This document shows positions 18,388 to 27,375 of a stretch of 32,000 nucleotides of DNA, piece after piece. Each line of letters begins with the position of its first letter. Position 1 is the stretch's first letter. Position numbers and translations under genes: made by a program. The stretch lies in contig CAYGVX010000001.1 of the NCBI GenBank assembly GCA_964353725.1, positions 50,129 through 82,128 on the forward strand. Reading direction: 5' to 3'. The notes beneath the pieces were generated by a model. That model saw nothing but the letters and a program-made list of their open reading frames with translations. It ran no database searches and was not told the DNA's origin. The DNA is from an uncultured Candidatus Bathyarchaeia archaeon. GTDB taxonomy: Archaea; Thermoproteota; Bathyarchaeia; Bathyarchaeales; SOJC01.

Positions 18388-20820
18388 TTATGTCTGTTGT
18401 TGCTTCTTAGCCAGCATTCTCTCCAATACAGGCTTCAGCTTCGCGTTCTCAACCTTGATTTTCTCCGGTCCAAGTTCGCTTAGCTGTGCCGCCATCTCCT
18501 TCATCAACTCTGCGAACCTCAGTCCCTCAGCAGCCGACACGTATTCGACCCTGAATCGCTGGGGGCTCAAGCCCAGCTTTTCAAGCATGGGTGCTAAGGC
18601 GTCCATGCGGGCTTTCATCTTCGAGTTTCCGCTTATGTAATGGCAGTCGTAGGGCAAGTGGCAGGCTCCGATTAGCACCATGCCGGCTCCCCGCCTGAAG
18701 GCTTCCAGCACAAAGTCTCGATCCACGCGTCCCGAACACATGACGCGGACTGGTCTGATTAGGGGGGGATACTCGAAGCGGCTCGTGCCTGCCAAATCTG
18801 CACCCGCGTAGCAGCACCAGTTGCACAATATCCCCAAGATTTTGCCCTCAGGATTCTCCTCCAGCGCGGTTCTTATTTGGGCAAGTATCTGCTCGTCTGT
18901 GAAATGCTTCTGTGTGATGGCGTCGGCGGGGCACTCAGCCGCGCAGGTGCCGCAGCCGTGGCACATGGCGGTTACGACTTTCGCGGGTTGTTTTTCGAGG
19001 GCTTCTATGGCTCCATAGGGACACCGTTCCGCGCAGATGCCGCACTTAACCTTCGTGTTCCTACATTTCTCGGGAGTCACTTCTGCAATTATGGGCTCTA
19101 TTTTCCACTTCTTCTTAGACAGAATTGTCGCCGCCCGTCCAGCGGCGCCGCTCCCCTGAGAGACACTGTAGGGAATGTCCTTTGGACCTTGGCAGGCACC
19201 GGCTACAAAGACACCGTCGACCGGGGTGTCTATGGGCTTCAGCTTGGGGTGGCTTTCCATGAAGAATCCGTCTGTGCCCCTTGAGATGTTCAGGATTCTG
19301 GCCACGTCTGCGGCGTCGGCTTTGGGTACCGCGGCGGTACATAAGACGACCATCTCGGCGGGCAGCTCGATTGGCTGTCCCAGAGTCATGTCTTCTGCTC
19401 GTATGATGAGGTTCTTGGTCTCTGGATCTTCGAGCACGTGGCTTGCTCTTCCCCGGATGAAAGTGACGCCTAGGTTTCGGGCTCGTCGGTAGAATTCTTC
19501 GTATCCCTTGAAGTGGGTTCTCATGTCCATGTAAAGAAGATATACTTCCACATCGTCCTTGTATTTTTCTTTGAGCAGGATTGCATTCTTCAGAGCGTAC
19601 ATGCAGCAGAAGCCCGAGCAGTACTCATATTTGTCGAGGTTGCGCGAGCCCACGCATTGGATGAAGGCTACGGTGTGGGGTTTTTTGCCGTCTGAGGCTC
19701 GGATAACCTTGCCGCCAGTGGGGCCGGCTGCTAGGATTAGTCTCTCAAACTCCATCGCGGTGATCACGTTTGCGTATTTTCCATAGCCATAGAGAGGGTC
19801 GTCGTAGGGCATGTAGACGTCGAAGCCCGTTGCCACTATGATTGCGCCGACGTCGAGTTCGATTTCCTCGGGTTCTTGGTCGAAGTTTATGGCTTGTCGT
19901 GCGCCGCAGGCGTCCACACACTTGTAGCATTCTATGCAGTGGTCCTTGTTGATTGTGTAGACAAGCGGGACTGCCTGTTCGAAGGGCGCGGATATGGCTT
20001 TCCGTACTCCCATGTTCACGTCCCAATCGTTGGGGTACTCGATGGGGCACGCTTCCCTGCATTCGCCGCAGCCCGTGCAGTTATCTTGAATTATGTATCG
20101 AGGATTCTTCTTTATCTTGACTTTGAAGTTGCCCACGTAGCCAGACACGTTGGTCAGGTCGGCGTAAGATATTATCTCGATGTTGGGGTGTCGACACGCG
20201 TCCACCATCTTCGGGCCTTCAATGCATATGCTGCAGTCCAATGTTGGAAATGTCTTGTCCAGTTGGGCCATGTGGCCGCCGATGCTCTCGGTTTTCTCGA
20301 GTAGGTAAACTTTGAAGCCCATTTCGGCCAGGTCTAGGGCTGCGTTTATTCCAGCTATCCCGCCGCCGACGACGAGAGCCTTGTTAGTGACGGGCACTTC
20401 AATCTCCTTCAGAGGTTGAAGCAGCCTCGCCTTAGCCACAGCCATCTTGACGATTTCTTTAGCCTTCTCGGTGGCTTCTTTGGGGGTGCTTGGGTGGCAC
20501 CAAGATGAAAACTCTCTTATGTTTGCCATCTCGAAGAAGAACGGGTTCAAGCCAGCCTCGGAGCAGGTTTTGCGGAAAGTCGGTTCGTGCATGCGTGGCG
20601 AACAAGCAGCGACCACCACTCGGTTTAGCCTGTGTTCTTTGACGCCTTTTCTGATTTCCTCTTGACCTGGGTCGGCGCACGTGTATCTGTTGTCCTTGGT
20701 GTAGACCACGTCGGGCAGCGTTTTCGCGTATTCGATCACTGCCTTTACGTCGATGACTCCCGCTATGTTCAATCCACAGTGGCACACAAACACTCCGACT
20801 CGAGGCTTCTCTTCAGTCAT
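18388..20820 (-). CDS. hdrA: HdrA-like heterodisulfide reductase subunit A fused to C-terminal MvhD/FrhD-like domain
   Basis: 'GVFVCHCGLNIAGVIDV', 'ALVVGGGIAGINAALDLAEMG', 'TLDCSICIEGPKM', four [4Fe-4S]-type Cys motifs, then MvhD-like 'ILGILCNWCCYAGADLAGTSR...VRVMCSGRVD...LIGACHLPYDCHYISGN'. Confidence 0.93.
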   Translation of the reverse strand: MTEEKPRVGVFVCHCGLNIAGVIDVKAVIEYAKTLPDVVYTKDNRYTCADPGQEEIRKGVKEHRLNRVVVAACSPRMHEPTFRKTCSEAGLNPFFFEMANIREFSSWCHPSTPKEATEKAKEIVKMAVAKARLLQPLKEIEVPVTNKALVVGGGIAGINAALDLAEMGFKVYLLEKTESIGGHMAQLDKTFPTLDCSICIEGPKMVDACRHPNIEIISYADLTNVSGYVGNFKVKIKKNPRYIIQDNCTGCGECREACPIEYPNDWDVNMGVRKAISAPFEQAVPLVYTINKDHCIECYKCVDACGARQAINFDQEPEEIELDVGAIIVATGFDVYMPYDDPLYGYGKYANVITAMEFERLILAAGPTGGKVIRASDGKKPHTVAFIQCVGSRNLDKYEYCSGFCCMYALKNAILLKEKYKDDVEVYLLYMDMRTHFKGYEEFYRRARNLGVTFIRGRASHVLEDPETKNLIIRAEDMTLGQPIELPAEMVVLCTAAVPKADAADVARILNISRGTDGFFMESHPKLKPIDTPVDGVFVAGACQGPKDIPYSVSQGSGAAGRAATILSKKKWKIEPIIAEVTPEKCRNTKVKCGICAERCPYGAIEALEKQPAKVVTAMCHGCGTCAAECPADAITQKHFTDEQILAQIRTALEENPEGKILGILCNWCCYAGADLAGTSRFEYPPLIRPVRVMCSGRVDRDFVLEAFRRGAGMVLIGACHLPYDCHYISGNSKMKARMDALAPMLEKLGLSPQRFRVEYVSAAEGLRFAELMKEMAAQLSELGPEKIKVENAKLKPVLERMLAKKQQQT

Positions 20821-20822
20821 CC

Positions 20823-21734
20823 CTAACTGCCCTCCGCTTTCCCAAATGCCTGCGTAACCAGTTGAGCTGGGTCAACTCGCAACTCTTTCAGAGCCAACTC
20901 TTCAGGCGAGAACCCCAAGGCTAGACCAAGTAGCTGGGGATAGTGAAGGACGGGGATTCTGAAGGTTTCGTTGAACATCCTCTCTATGCGGGGCTGGTTA
21001 GTGTCAAACATCATGTGGCAGAAGGGACAAACAGTGATCAGCGCCTGAGCGCCTGCATATTTGACGTTGACGAGTTTCTCTCGAGTCAGCTGCAAGGGAA
21101 TCCTGTCGCTCACCCCGGCGATTGGAGCACCACAGCAAGAAGTCTGATCCCTGTACTCCACGTATTTGGCGCCAGTTGCTTCAATCAGTTTCCTGAGAAC
21201 CTCGGGGTTTTCTGGGTTGTCGAAGCCCACGTCGTCAGATGGGCGTGTAACGTGGCAGCCGCTGTGTTCAGTCACCTGTAAACCTGTTAGAGGCTTCATC
21301 ACGGCCCCCTTTATCTTGTCATACCCCACGTCTTCCGCCAGCAACTGGAGAAGATGCTTCGCCTCCACGGTTCCCTTGAACTCCAATCCTGTCTCCTTCA
21401 AGTAGCCGTTAATCTTCTCTCTAAGCTCCTTGTCACCCTTCAGGTTCTTGTTCACCTTGCGAAGCGTCCCCGCACATCCTGGGCACAGGGCGACGACGTT
21501 GAGTCCCTCCTGCTCAGCCAAGCAGAGATTTCTCGCCGCCAAGGTGAGCATCATTTCATGATTCACCGGATCTATGGGAAGCCCGCAGCAGTTGTACTCC
21601 GACATCTCAACCAACTCTACGCCCAGCTTCGCGAGGACTTTTCGTGCGGAGATCTCGTAGCTTGAGACTCGGTAGGGGATGGCGCAGCCCAAGAACAGCA
21701 GAAACCTTGAGTTTTGCGGAGCAGCCATTTTCAC
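20823..21734 (-). CDS. hdrB: HdrB-like heterodisulfide reductase subunit B (two CCG domains)
   Basis: 'LFLGCAIPYR', 'YNCCGLPIDP', 'LCPGCAGTL', 'SGCHVTRPSDDVGFDNP', 'SCCGAPIAGV', 'CPFCHMMFD'. Confidence 0.93.
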   Translation of the reverse strand: MKMAAPQNSRFLLFLGCAIPYRVSSYEISARKVLAKLGVELVEMSEYNCCGLPIDPVNHEMMLTLAARNLCLAEQEGLNVVALCPGCAGTLRKVNKNLKGDKELREKINGYLKETGLEFKGTVEAKHLLQLLAEDVGYDKIKGAVMKPLTGLQVTEHSGCHVTRPSDDVGFDNPENPEVLRKLIEATGAKYVEYRDQTSCCGAPIAGVSDRIPLQLTREKLVNVKYAGAQALITVCPFCHMMFDTNQPRIERMFNETFRIPVLHYPQLLGLALGFSPEELALKELRVDPAQLVTQAFGKAEGS

Positions 21735-22414
21735 TCACCCTTATTCATTATCTTCGAAAAGCCTGTTGCGTTGGCAAGCTTCGCCATAACCTCTGGGTTT
21801 CCCTTCGGCAGAGGCGGCAACCCAATCTCTCCTCTCTTCTTCAGCCGCAGTTCTGGGATTCTGTAGGCGATCCCGCTTTCCAGTATGCTCGAACCCAGCT
21901 CTTTGAAGACATGCGGAATGACTCCGCGTTCGGCTGCGGCGTTTCTCAGTATGCGTATAACGCTTGCCACTTCCACGTCCTGCGGGCAACGGTCGCTGCA
22001 CGTGTAGCATGCTGCACAAAGCCACAGCGTATCGCTGGAGAGAACGCGGTCTTTCAAGCCTAGTTGAGCCATGCGAATTATCGTCCGAGGTCTGTAGGAG
22101 TCGCTGAACCTGGCAATCGGGCAATCTGAGGTGCAAGTGCCGCATTGAAAACACTGCTTAATCTTTTCGCCCCCGTGCATCCTGCTTATCTCATACTTGA
22201 AGTGTGGGTCGAATTCATCTGCCTTGATAGGCTTGGTTTCCAAGGCCTTGGATTCGGGTGTTTTCTCCTCTGTTTTCTGAGGTGTCGGTGATGGGCGTAG
22301 CGTTGGGGCTGGCGATGGCTGCGGGGTCGGCTGTGGAGCACTAGCAGCTTTATTTGCTGCTTTCCGGGGCTTCCTCTCTGCTTTTGGTTTTGGCTTTCGT
22401 TTTGACTTAGACAT
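21731..22414 (-). CDS. hdrC: HdrC-like heterodisulfide reductase subunit C with Lys/Pro-rich N-terminal extension
   Basis: 'CFQCGTCTSDCP' and 'CAACYTCSDRCPQDVEV' motifs; overlaps hdrB by 4 nt. Confidence 0.91.
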   Translation of the reverse strand: MSKSKRKPKPKAERKPRKAANKAASAPQPTPQPSPAPTLRPSPTPQKTEEKTPESKALETKPIKADEFDPHFKYEISRMHGGEKIKQCFQCGTCTSDCPIARFSDSYRPRTIIRMAQLGLKDRVLSSDTLWLCAACYTCSDRCPQDVEVASVIRILRNAAAERGVIPHVFKELGSSILESGIAYRIPELRLKKRGEIGLPPLPKGNPEVMAKLANATGFSKIMNKGE

Positions 22415-23297
22415 TTCCCTTCTTCCTAGGCTCGAAGCGTTTTTTCACTGCTTCAACCGTCAGTCTTCTTCCTTTTCCACGCAGCTCTTTAGCCATCTCA
22501 CTCGTAGACGTCAGCTTTTCGAGAGCCTTATTCCATGCTCCAGAACGAACTGGCGTGTGATGTATGGTTGAACGTGAAAGCTCCAAGGCTCCTGTCTCGG
22601 GGCAGACTATCCTGCACACGCCACAATAGGTGCAGAGCAGCTCGTTCACATGCACTTTGCCGTCCTTCTCAGAGATATACAGGGCCCCAGTTATGGGGCA
22701 CACATCTAGGCAGTCATGACAGCCGGGAGGGCATTTCTCTTTGTTGATCTTCAGCCTCCCAGTGAAAATTTTCCGGACGCGAACAACGCCTTCTGGGCAT
22801 TTAACCTCGCAGACTCTACAGCATGGGCATCGTTCTTTTTCGATATCCACCTTAATCTTGCCATCAGTGGGGTTCGACGTGACCTTTATCAAGTTCAACG
22901 GGCAGGCTTCTTCGCATTCAATGCAGCCGGTTGGGCACTTGGTCGCGTCTACAGTGATTTCGCGGATAAGCTGGGGAAAACTCTCCTTCTCAACCACCGA
23001 CGCGATATTCTTGCCGTCTATAGTGACTTGCACCGCGCCGTGGGGACACGTTGTTGCACATATGCCGCAATAATGGCATTTGGCTTCGTCCACGTCGATT
23101 TTGGGACGCGGAGTCTTCTGTCCTTCTTTCTTTGACTGCTTAATGAGCCTGATGGCTTCTCGCGGGCAAATGAGGCTGCAGACTTCGCATCCAACGCATA
23201 GCTCTCGGTCCACCGTCAAACGATAGCTCTTTGCGTGGTGAATCCTTTCCACTACCAGCTGCTTGTTTTGGTCGGTTTTCTGGATTTTCATGGGCAT
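22407..23297 (-). CDS. Polyferredoxin with six [4Fe-4S]-type Cys motifs
   Basis: 'CVGCEVCSLICP','CHYCGICATTCP','CPTGCIECEEACP','CPCCRVCEVKCP','CPPGCHDCLDVCP','CTYCGVCRIVCP'. Track opens at 23366; an internal Met (...VSK-MPMKIQK) at 23297 fits the candidate TATA position better. Confidence 0.82.
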   Translation of the reverse strand: MPMKIQKTDQNKQLVVERIHHAKSYRLTVDRELCVGCEVCSLICPREAIRLIKQSKKEGQKTPRPKIDVDEAKCHYCGICATTCPHGAVQVTIDGKNIASVVEKESFPQLIREITVDATKCPTGCIECEEACPLNLIKVTSNPTDGKIKVDIEKERCPCCRVCEVKCPEGVVRVRKIFTGRLKINKEKCPPGCHDCLDVCPITGALYISEKDGKVHVNELLCTYCGVCRIVCPETGALELSRSTIHHTPVRSGAWNKALEKLTSTSEMAKELRGKGRRLTVEAVKKRFEPRKKGNV

Positions 23298-23375
23298 TTT
23301 GGACACCCTATATAGGGTATTAACGGCACGTGTAACATCTGCGGGGCATCTTGAGAATATTGACATACGTAAACA

Positions 23376-23389
23376 TATATTTTATAGTT
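23376..23389 (-). promoter_or_regulatory. Candidate TATA box for the polyferredoxin-hdrCBA operon
   Basis: Minus strand 'aactataaaatatatg' in the divergent intergenic region. Confidence 0.45.
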
Positions 23390-23529
23390 TCTGTGGCTCA
23401 CGTGACAGCAGTAACTATAACAATCGCGAGGAGAATGCCTCCGAAGCTCAACAAAAACGTTAAGTGCTCTGCAAGCAATCGACAAGAACTGGTTGAATCC
23501 TAGACATGCAACAGACTGCTCCTAAAGGA

Positions 23530-23542
23530 AAGTTTATATAAA
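23530..23542 (+). promoter_or_regulatory. Candidate BRE/TATA element for the S13-S4-S11-rpoD operon
   Basis: 'aaaggaaagtttatataaatt', ~50 nt upstream of the S13 start. Confidence 0.6.
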
Positions 23543-23589
23543 TTGTGCATCCTTTTCGGTAGGTAGCTTCACAACACTGGAGACTCAAA

Positions 23590-24072
23590 ATGTCAAAAGA
23601 ATTCCGCCACATCACACGCATAGCCGAGAAAGACCTGAACGGCACCCAGAAAGTAGCCCCCGCGCTCTCGAGGGTAAAAGGGATAGGTGTCAGCTTAGCC
23701 AACTCCATAGTGATAAAAGCCGGGGTCAACCCCGAGACCCGCCTAGGGTTTTTATCAGAACAGGAAATCGAAAAGCTGGAAGACGTTATAACGAATCCAA
23801 CTAAACACGGTCTGCCCGAGTGGCTTTTTAACCGTCAAAAAGACTTGGAAACCGGGAAAAACATTCACATCACAGGGTCGGAGCTTGTTCTTCAAGAAAA
23901 AACAGACATCGACCTCATGAAAACAACCAAGTCGTGGAAAGGCTACCGCCACTCGTATGGGTTGAAGGTGCGTGGTCAGAGAACTAGGTGCACTGGAAGA
24001 AAAGGCAAAGCTATAGGTGTCAAAAAGAAAGCATTTCTTCCAACTGCGGCACCAAGGGAAGGTAAAGAGTAA
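23590..24072 (+). CDS. rps13: Ribosomal protein S13
   Basis: 'FRHITRIAEKDLNGTQKVAPALSRVKGIGVSLANSIV' and C-terminal 'HSYGLKVRGQRTRCTGRKGKAIGVKKK'. Confidence 0.96.
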   Translation: MSKEFRHITRIAEKDLNGTQKVAPALSRVKGIGVSLANSIVIKAGVNPETRLGFLSEQEIEKLEDVITNPTKHGLPEWLFNRQKDLETGKNIHITGSELVLQEKTDIDLMKTTKSWKGYRHSYGLKVRGQRTRCTGRKGKAIGVKKKAFLPTAAPREGKE

Positions 24073-24647
24073 TGGGTGACACAAAGAAGCAGCGAAAGAA
24101 GTATGAGACTCCGAGGTTTCCATGGAGGACAGACATGCTGCAAACAGAGCTCAAAATGCTAGGCCAGTACGGGCTAAGAAACAAAAGAGAGCTATGGCGC
24201 CACGAGACCATGGTATCCAAGTTCAGAGGCACAGCCCGCTCAATATTCGTTATGCCCGCAGAAGAAGGCGAAAAACTCAAAACACAGCTTCTAAACAGAC
24301 TAAACAGACTGGGAATACTCCCAGAGAATGCAGCCCTCGACGACGTTCTCGACATGGCGATTGAAGACATACTTCAGAGAAGACTCCAATCACTCGTCTT
24401 CCAGAAAGGCTTAGCCAAATCAATCTATCAGGCCCGTCAACTCATATCCCACGGTCACATAACCATCGAAGGCAAAAAGGTGACGTCTCCCAGCTACTTG
24501 GTGCTGAGAGACGAAGAGGCACACGTTGATTATGCACCTACAAGCTCAGTAGCGAGTCAGGATCACCCACTTCGTCAAGCTCTTGCTGGAGTTGTGCCCG
24601 AGCCCAAAACAAAACAGACTCACGCCGGGGAGAGTGAAAGAGCATGA
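24072..24647 (+). CDS. rps4: Ribosomal protein S4
   Basis: '[35 protein letters not shown]' and S4 domain '[42 protein letters not shown]'. Confidence 0.96.
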   Translation: MGDTKKQRKKYETPRFPWRTDMLQTELKMLGQYGLRNKRELWRHETMVSKFRGTARSIFVMPAEEGEKLKTQLLNRLNRLGILPENAALDDVLDMAIEDILQRRLQSLVFQKGLAKSIYQARQLISHGHITIEGKKVTSPSYLVLRDEEAHVDYAPTSSVASQDHPLRQALAGVVPEPKTKQTHAGESERA

Positions 24648-25039
24648 GCAAGAAGACCGAGAAATGGGGCGTCGTTCACATCTACAGCTCGTACAACAAC
24701 ACCATAATTCATGTCACAGACATCTCAGGAGCAGAAACGATTGCCAGAACCAGCGGAGGCATGTTCGTCAAGGCATCACGCCTCGAATCCTCCCCCTACG
24801 CCGCCATGCGCGCCGCATCTACCGCAGCTTCAACTGCAAGAGACAAGGGGATAACAGCTATACACATTAAGGTTAGAGCGCCTGGAGGCTCGAGTGCCAG
24901 AACGCCTGGACCTGGAGCACAGGCAGCCATACGAGCCTTGGCTAGAACGGGGTTCCGAATAGGCCGCATAGAGGAAGTCACTCCGGTTCCCCACGATGGT
25001 ACACGGCGAAAGGGCGGTCGAAGGGGTCGAAGAGTATAA
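24644..25039 (+). CDS. rps11: Ribosomal protein S11
   Basis: '[32 protein letters not shown]...[19 protein letters not shown]'. Confidence 0.97.
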   Translation: MSKKTEKWGVVHIYSSYNNTIIHVTDISGAETIARTSGGMFVKASRLESSPYAAMRAASTAASTARDKGITAIHIKVRAPGGSSARTPGPGAQAAIRALARTGFRIGRIEEVTPVPHDGTRRKGGRRGRRV

Positions 25040-25092
25040 AACCAGTCTGCTCCAATACAGAAATCTGATAGTGTATGGAAGGAACGTAAACC

Positions 25093-25908
25093 GTGAAAAT
25101 TCAAGTACTAGAGAAGAACGACGTTTCGTTGCGTTTACTCATCGAAGGGTCTAACTCTGCGTTCATGAACACGCTGCGAAGAATAGTGACTTCAGAAGTG
25201 CCCACGATGGCAATAGATGACGTAGTCTTCATCGAAAACTCTTCAACTCTTCAAGACGAATCCCTTGCTCACCGAATCGGGCTTATACCATTGAAAACAG
25301 ATTTAGAAACTTATGACCTGCCAGAAAACTGCTCCTGTAAAAGCGAGTTCGGGTGCAACCTTTGCCGCGTGTCCCTAGTGCTGGATGTGGGAGCGGAAGA
25401 CCACAGTGTAACAGTGACCTCGGGTGATTTGAAGTCAGAGAACCCAGCCATAGTTCCCGTTAGCGACAAGGTTCCCATAGCCAAGCTGACTTCAGGACAG
25501 AAAATCAAGCTGGAGGCCTATGCAAGGCTGGGAAAGGGCAAGGATCACGCAAGATGGCAGCCAGTCTCAATGTGCGCCTACAAGTATATGCCAAACGTCA
25601 AAGTGAACACGAGACTCTGCGACCAATGCGGCGAATGCATCAAGGTTTGCCCGAAAATCGTCCTCACAATAGCAGGAGACAGGATTGAGATTCAGAAAAT
25701 CATTGAATGCACGCTGTGTCGAGACTGCGTTGCCGCTTGCCAAAAAAACCCCAAGGCGATAGAGGTGACTTGGGACGAAACCTCGTTCGTATTCAGCTTA
25801 GAGTCCACAGGCGCGCTCCCGCCAGAGAAAATCCTGCAGGAGGCGCTCAGCGTTTTGGACGGAAAACTGAAAGATTTTCTAACCCAAGTGAAAAGTGAAG
25901 GAAAATGA
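25093..25908 (+). CDS. rpoD: DNA-directed RNA polymerase subunit D with ferredoxin-like insertion
   Basis: 'SNAFMNTLRRIVTSEVPTMAIDDVVFIENSS', 'HRIGLIPLKTD', and 'CDQCGECIKVCP'/'CTLCRDCVAACQ'; GTG start. Confidence 0.95.
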   Translation: MKIQVLEKNDVSLRLLIEGSNSAFMNTLRRIVTSEVPTMAIDDVVFIENSSTLQDESLAHRIGLIPLKTDLETYDLPENCSCKSEFGCNLCRVSLVLDVGAEDHSVTVTSGDLKSENPAIVPVSDKVPIAKLTSGQKIKLEAYARLGKGKDHARWQPVSMCAYKYMPNVKVNTRLCDQCGECIKVCPKIVLTIAGDRIEIQKIIECTLCRDCVAACQKNPKAIEVTWDETSFVFSLESTGALPPEKILQEALSVLDGKLKDFLTQVKSEGK

Positions 25909-26267
25909 AAAAGGCCAAAATGGAAAACCCGCAGCTCCTCGACTTGATCAGCTTCTTGGAGAAAGCGGCAAGGGAAAACAACTCGAAAGTATGGGAAGCC
26001 ATCGCCGAGACACTGTCAAGGTCAAGAAGCAGACGAGTGGCAGTCAATTTGAGCCAGATAAACAGGCATACCAAGAAAGCCCAGGTGGTGGCTGTCGCTG
26101 GCAAGGTGCTCGGGTCTGGAACACTAGATCATCCAGTGACAGTAGCGGCCTTCGCATTCTCAACCACCGCAACAGGAAAGATAAGAAACGCAAAGGGAAA
26201 ATGTCTGACTTTCCCCGACTTGGTGAAGAAAAACCCCAAAGGCTCAGACGTGAAAATCGTTGGGTAG
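25905..26267 (+). CDS. rpl18e: Ribosomal protein L18e
   Basis: 'NPQLLDLISFLEKAARENNSKVWEAIAETLSRSRSRRVAVNLSQI'; operon context. Confidence 0.94.
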   Translation: MKKAKMENPQLLDLISFLEKAARENNSKVWEAIAETLSRSRSRRVAVNLSQINRHTKKAQVVAVAGKVLGSGTLDHPVTVAAFAFSTTATGKIRNAKGKCLTFPDLVKKNPKGSDVKIVG

Positions 26268-26271
26268 AAAC

Positions 26272-26718
26272 ATGAACACACAAAACGAAATCATCGTCGA
26301 CGCGAGTAACCTGATACTAGGACGCATGGCAACGGTCATCGCAAAGCACCTTCTACAAGGCGAGAACGTTGTAATACTCAACTCAGAAAGAGCGGTTATA
26401 TCGGGAAAGAGGCTGAGCAAGACGCGGGAGGCAAAGGAGAAACTGGAGATCGGTCATCCCCGAAAAGGCCCCTACTGGCCTCGACAACCCGATAGATACG
26501 TGAAGCGCGTCGTTCGAGGAATGCTGCCTCGACAGACCCCGAAAGGGAAAGAGGCATACAAGAGGCTCAGGGTTTTCATCGGCGTGCCGCCAGAGTATAA
26601 AGACAACCCACCGAGAACAATCGCAGAGGCGAAGTCTGAGAAACTTAAATGCTCCACCATAACTGTGGGTGAGCTAGTTAAAGAAATAGGATGGCACCCC
26701 ATAGGCAAGGGCGAGTAA
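26272..26718 (+). CDS. rpl13: Ribosomal protein L13
   Basis: '[39 protein letters not shown]...[41 protein letters not shown]'; ATG 26272 more plausible than the TTG at 26260. Confidence 0.95.
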   Translation: MNTQNEIIVDASNLILGRMATVIAKHLLQGENVVILNSERAVISGKRLSKTREAKEKLEIGHPRKGPYWPRQPDRYVKRVVRGMLPRQTPKGKEAYKRLRVFIGVPPEYKDNPPRTIAEAKSEKLKCSTITVGELVKEIGWHPIGKGE

Positions 26719-26719
26719 C

Positions 26720-27133
26720 ATGTCGAGTTCAAAGAAGGTTATAACAATAAGCGGAAAAAGAAAAACCGCCACGGCTCGAGCTACCCTAAGGACGGGCAGG
26801 GGCAGAATCCGCATAAACAACACTCCATTAGAGATATTCGAGCCACAAGCATCACGACTAAAAATCATGGAACCCCTCCTCCAAGTCGACAGCGAACTCC
26901 GTAACCAAGTCGACATAAACGTAAAGGTTTCAGGCGGGGGTTTCATGGGGCAGGCAGAGGCTGCAAGAATGGCCGTCGCAAAGGGACTCGTGAGATGGAC
27001 TAAGAGCAAGCATCTGCAGTCAGCCTTCACCGAGTACGACAGAACCATGCTCGCAGGAGACCCACGGCGAAAAGAGTCCAAGAAGTTTGGCGGACCCGGT
27101 GCACGCGCAAGAGACCAGAAAAGCTACAGGTAA
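26720..27133 (+). CDS. rps9: Ribosomal protein S9
   Basis: '[34 protein letters not shown]...[25 protein letters not shown]'. Confidence 0.96.
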   Translation: MSSSKKVITISGKRKTATARATLRTGRGRIRINNTPLEIFEPQASRLKIMEPLLQVDSELRNQVDINVKVSGGGFMGQAEAARMAVAKGLVRWTKSKHLQSAFTEYDRTMLAGDPRRKESKKFGGPGARARDQKSYR

Positions 27134-27150
27134 AGGAGGTCTGCTGAAAA

Positions 27151-27375
27151 ACGATAATCCCTGTTCGCTGTTTTACATGCGGCAAATTGGTCGGAGACAA
27201 GTGGGAGGACTTTGCAAGGCGCGTTAAAGAGGGAGAGGACGCCGGCAAGGTCTTAGACGATCTAGGCGTAAGCCGCTACTGCTGTCGGAGAATGTTGCTC
27301 TGCCATGTGGAAGTCATCGATGAAATAATCAAGTTCTACGAAGTCCGAAAGAAAAAACAGACGAGGCCTCAGTAG
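27151..27375 (+). CDS. rpoN: DNA-directed RNA polymerase subunit N, with apparent non-canonical start codon (ACG)
   Basis: Frame reads (T)[59 protein letters not shown]; SD-like GGAGGT at 27135-27140; in-frame TGA at 27145-27147. Track opens only at internal TTG 27187. Confidence 0.88.
   Translation, partial: TIIPVRCFTCGKLVGDKWEDFARRVKEGEDAGKVLDDLGVSRYCCRRMLLCHVEVIDEIIKFYEVRKKKQTRPQ

Noticed and set aside
19876-20304. 142-aa plus-strand ORF inside hdrA and other antisense ORFs at 18383..21665
   Set aside because: Opposite strand of strongly conserved HdrA/HdrB; Val/His/Ala-rich translation is an antisense artefact.
23263-23463. Plus-strand ORF 23263..23463 in the divergent promoter region
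   Set aside because: Overlaps the polyferredoxin 5' end and promoter; no recognisable domain.
24583-24870. Alternate-frame ORF 24583..24870 over S4/S11
   Set aside because: S4 and S11 fully explain the region; Arg/His-rich out-of-frame translation.
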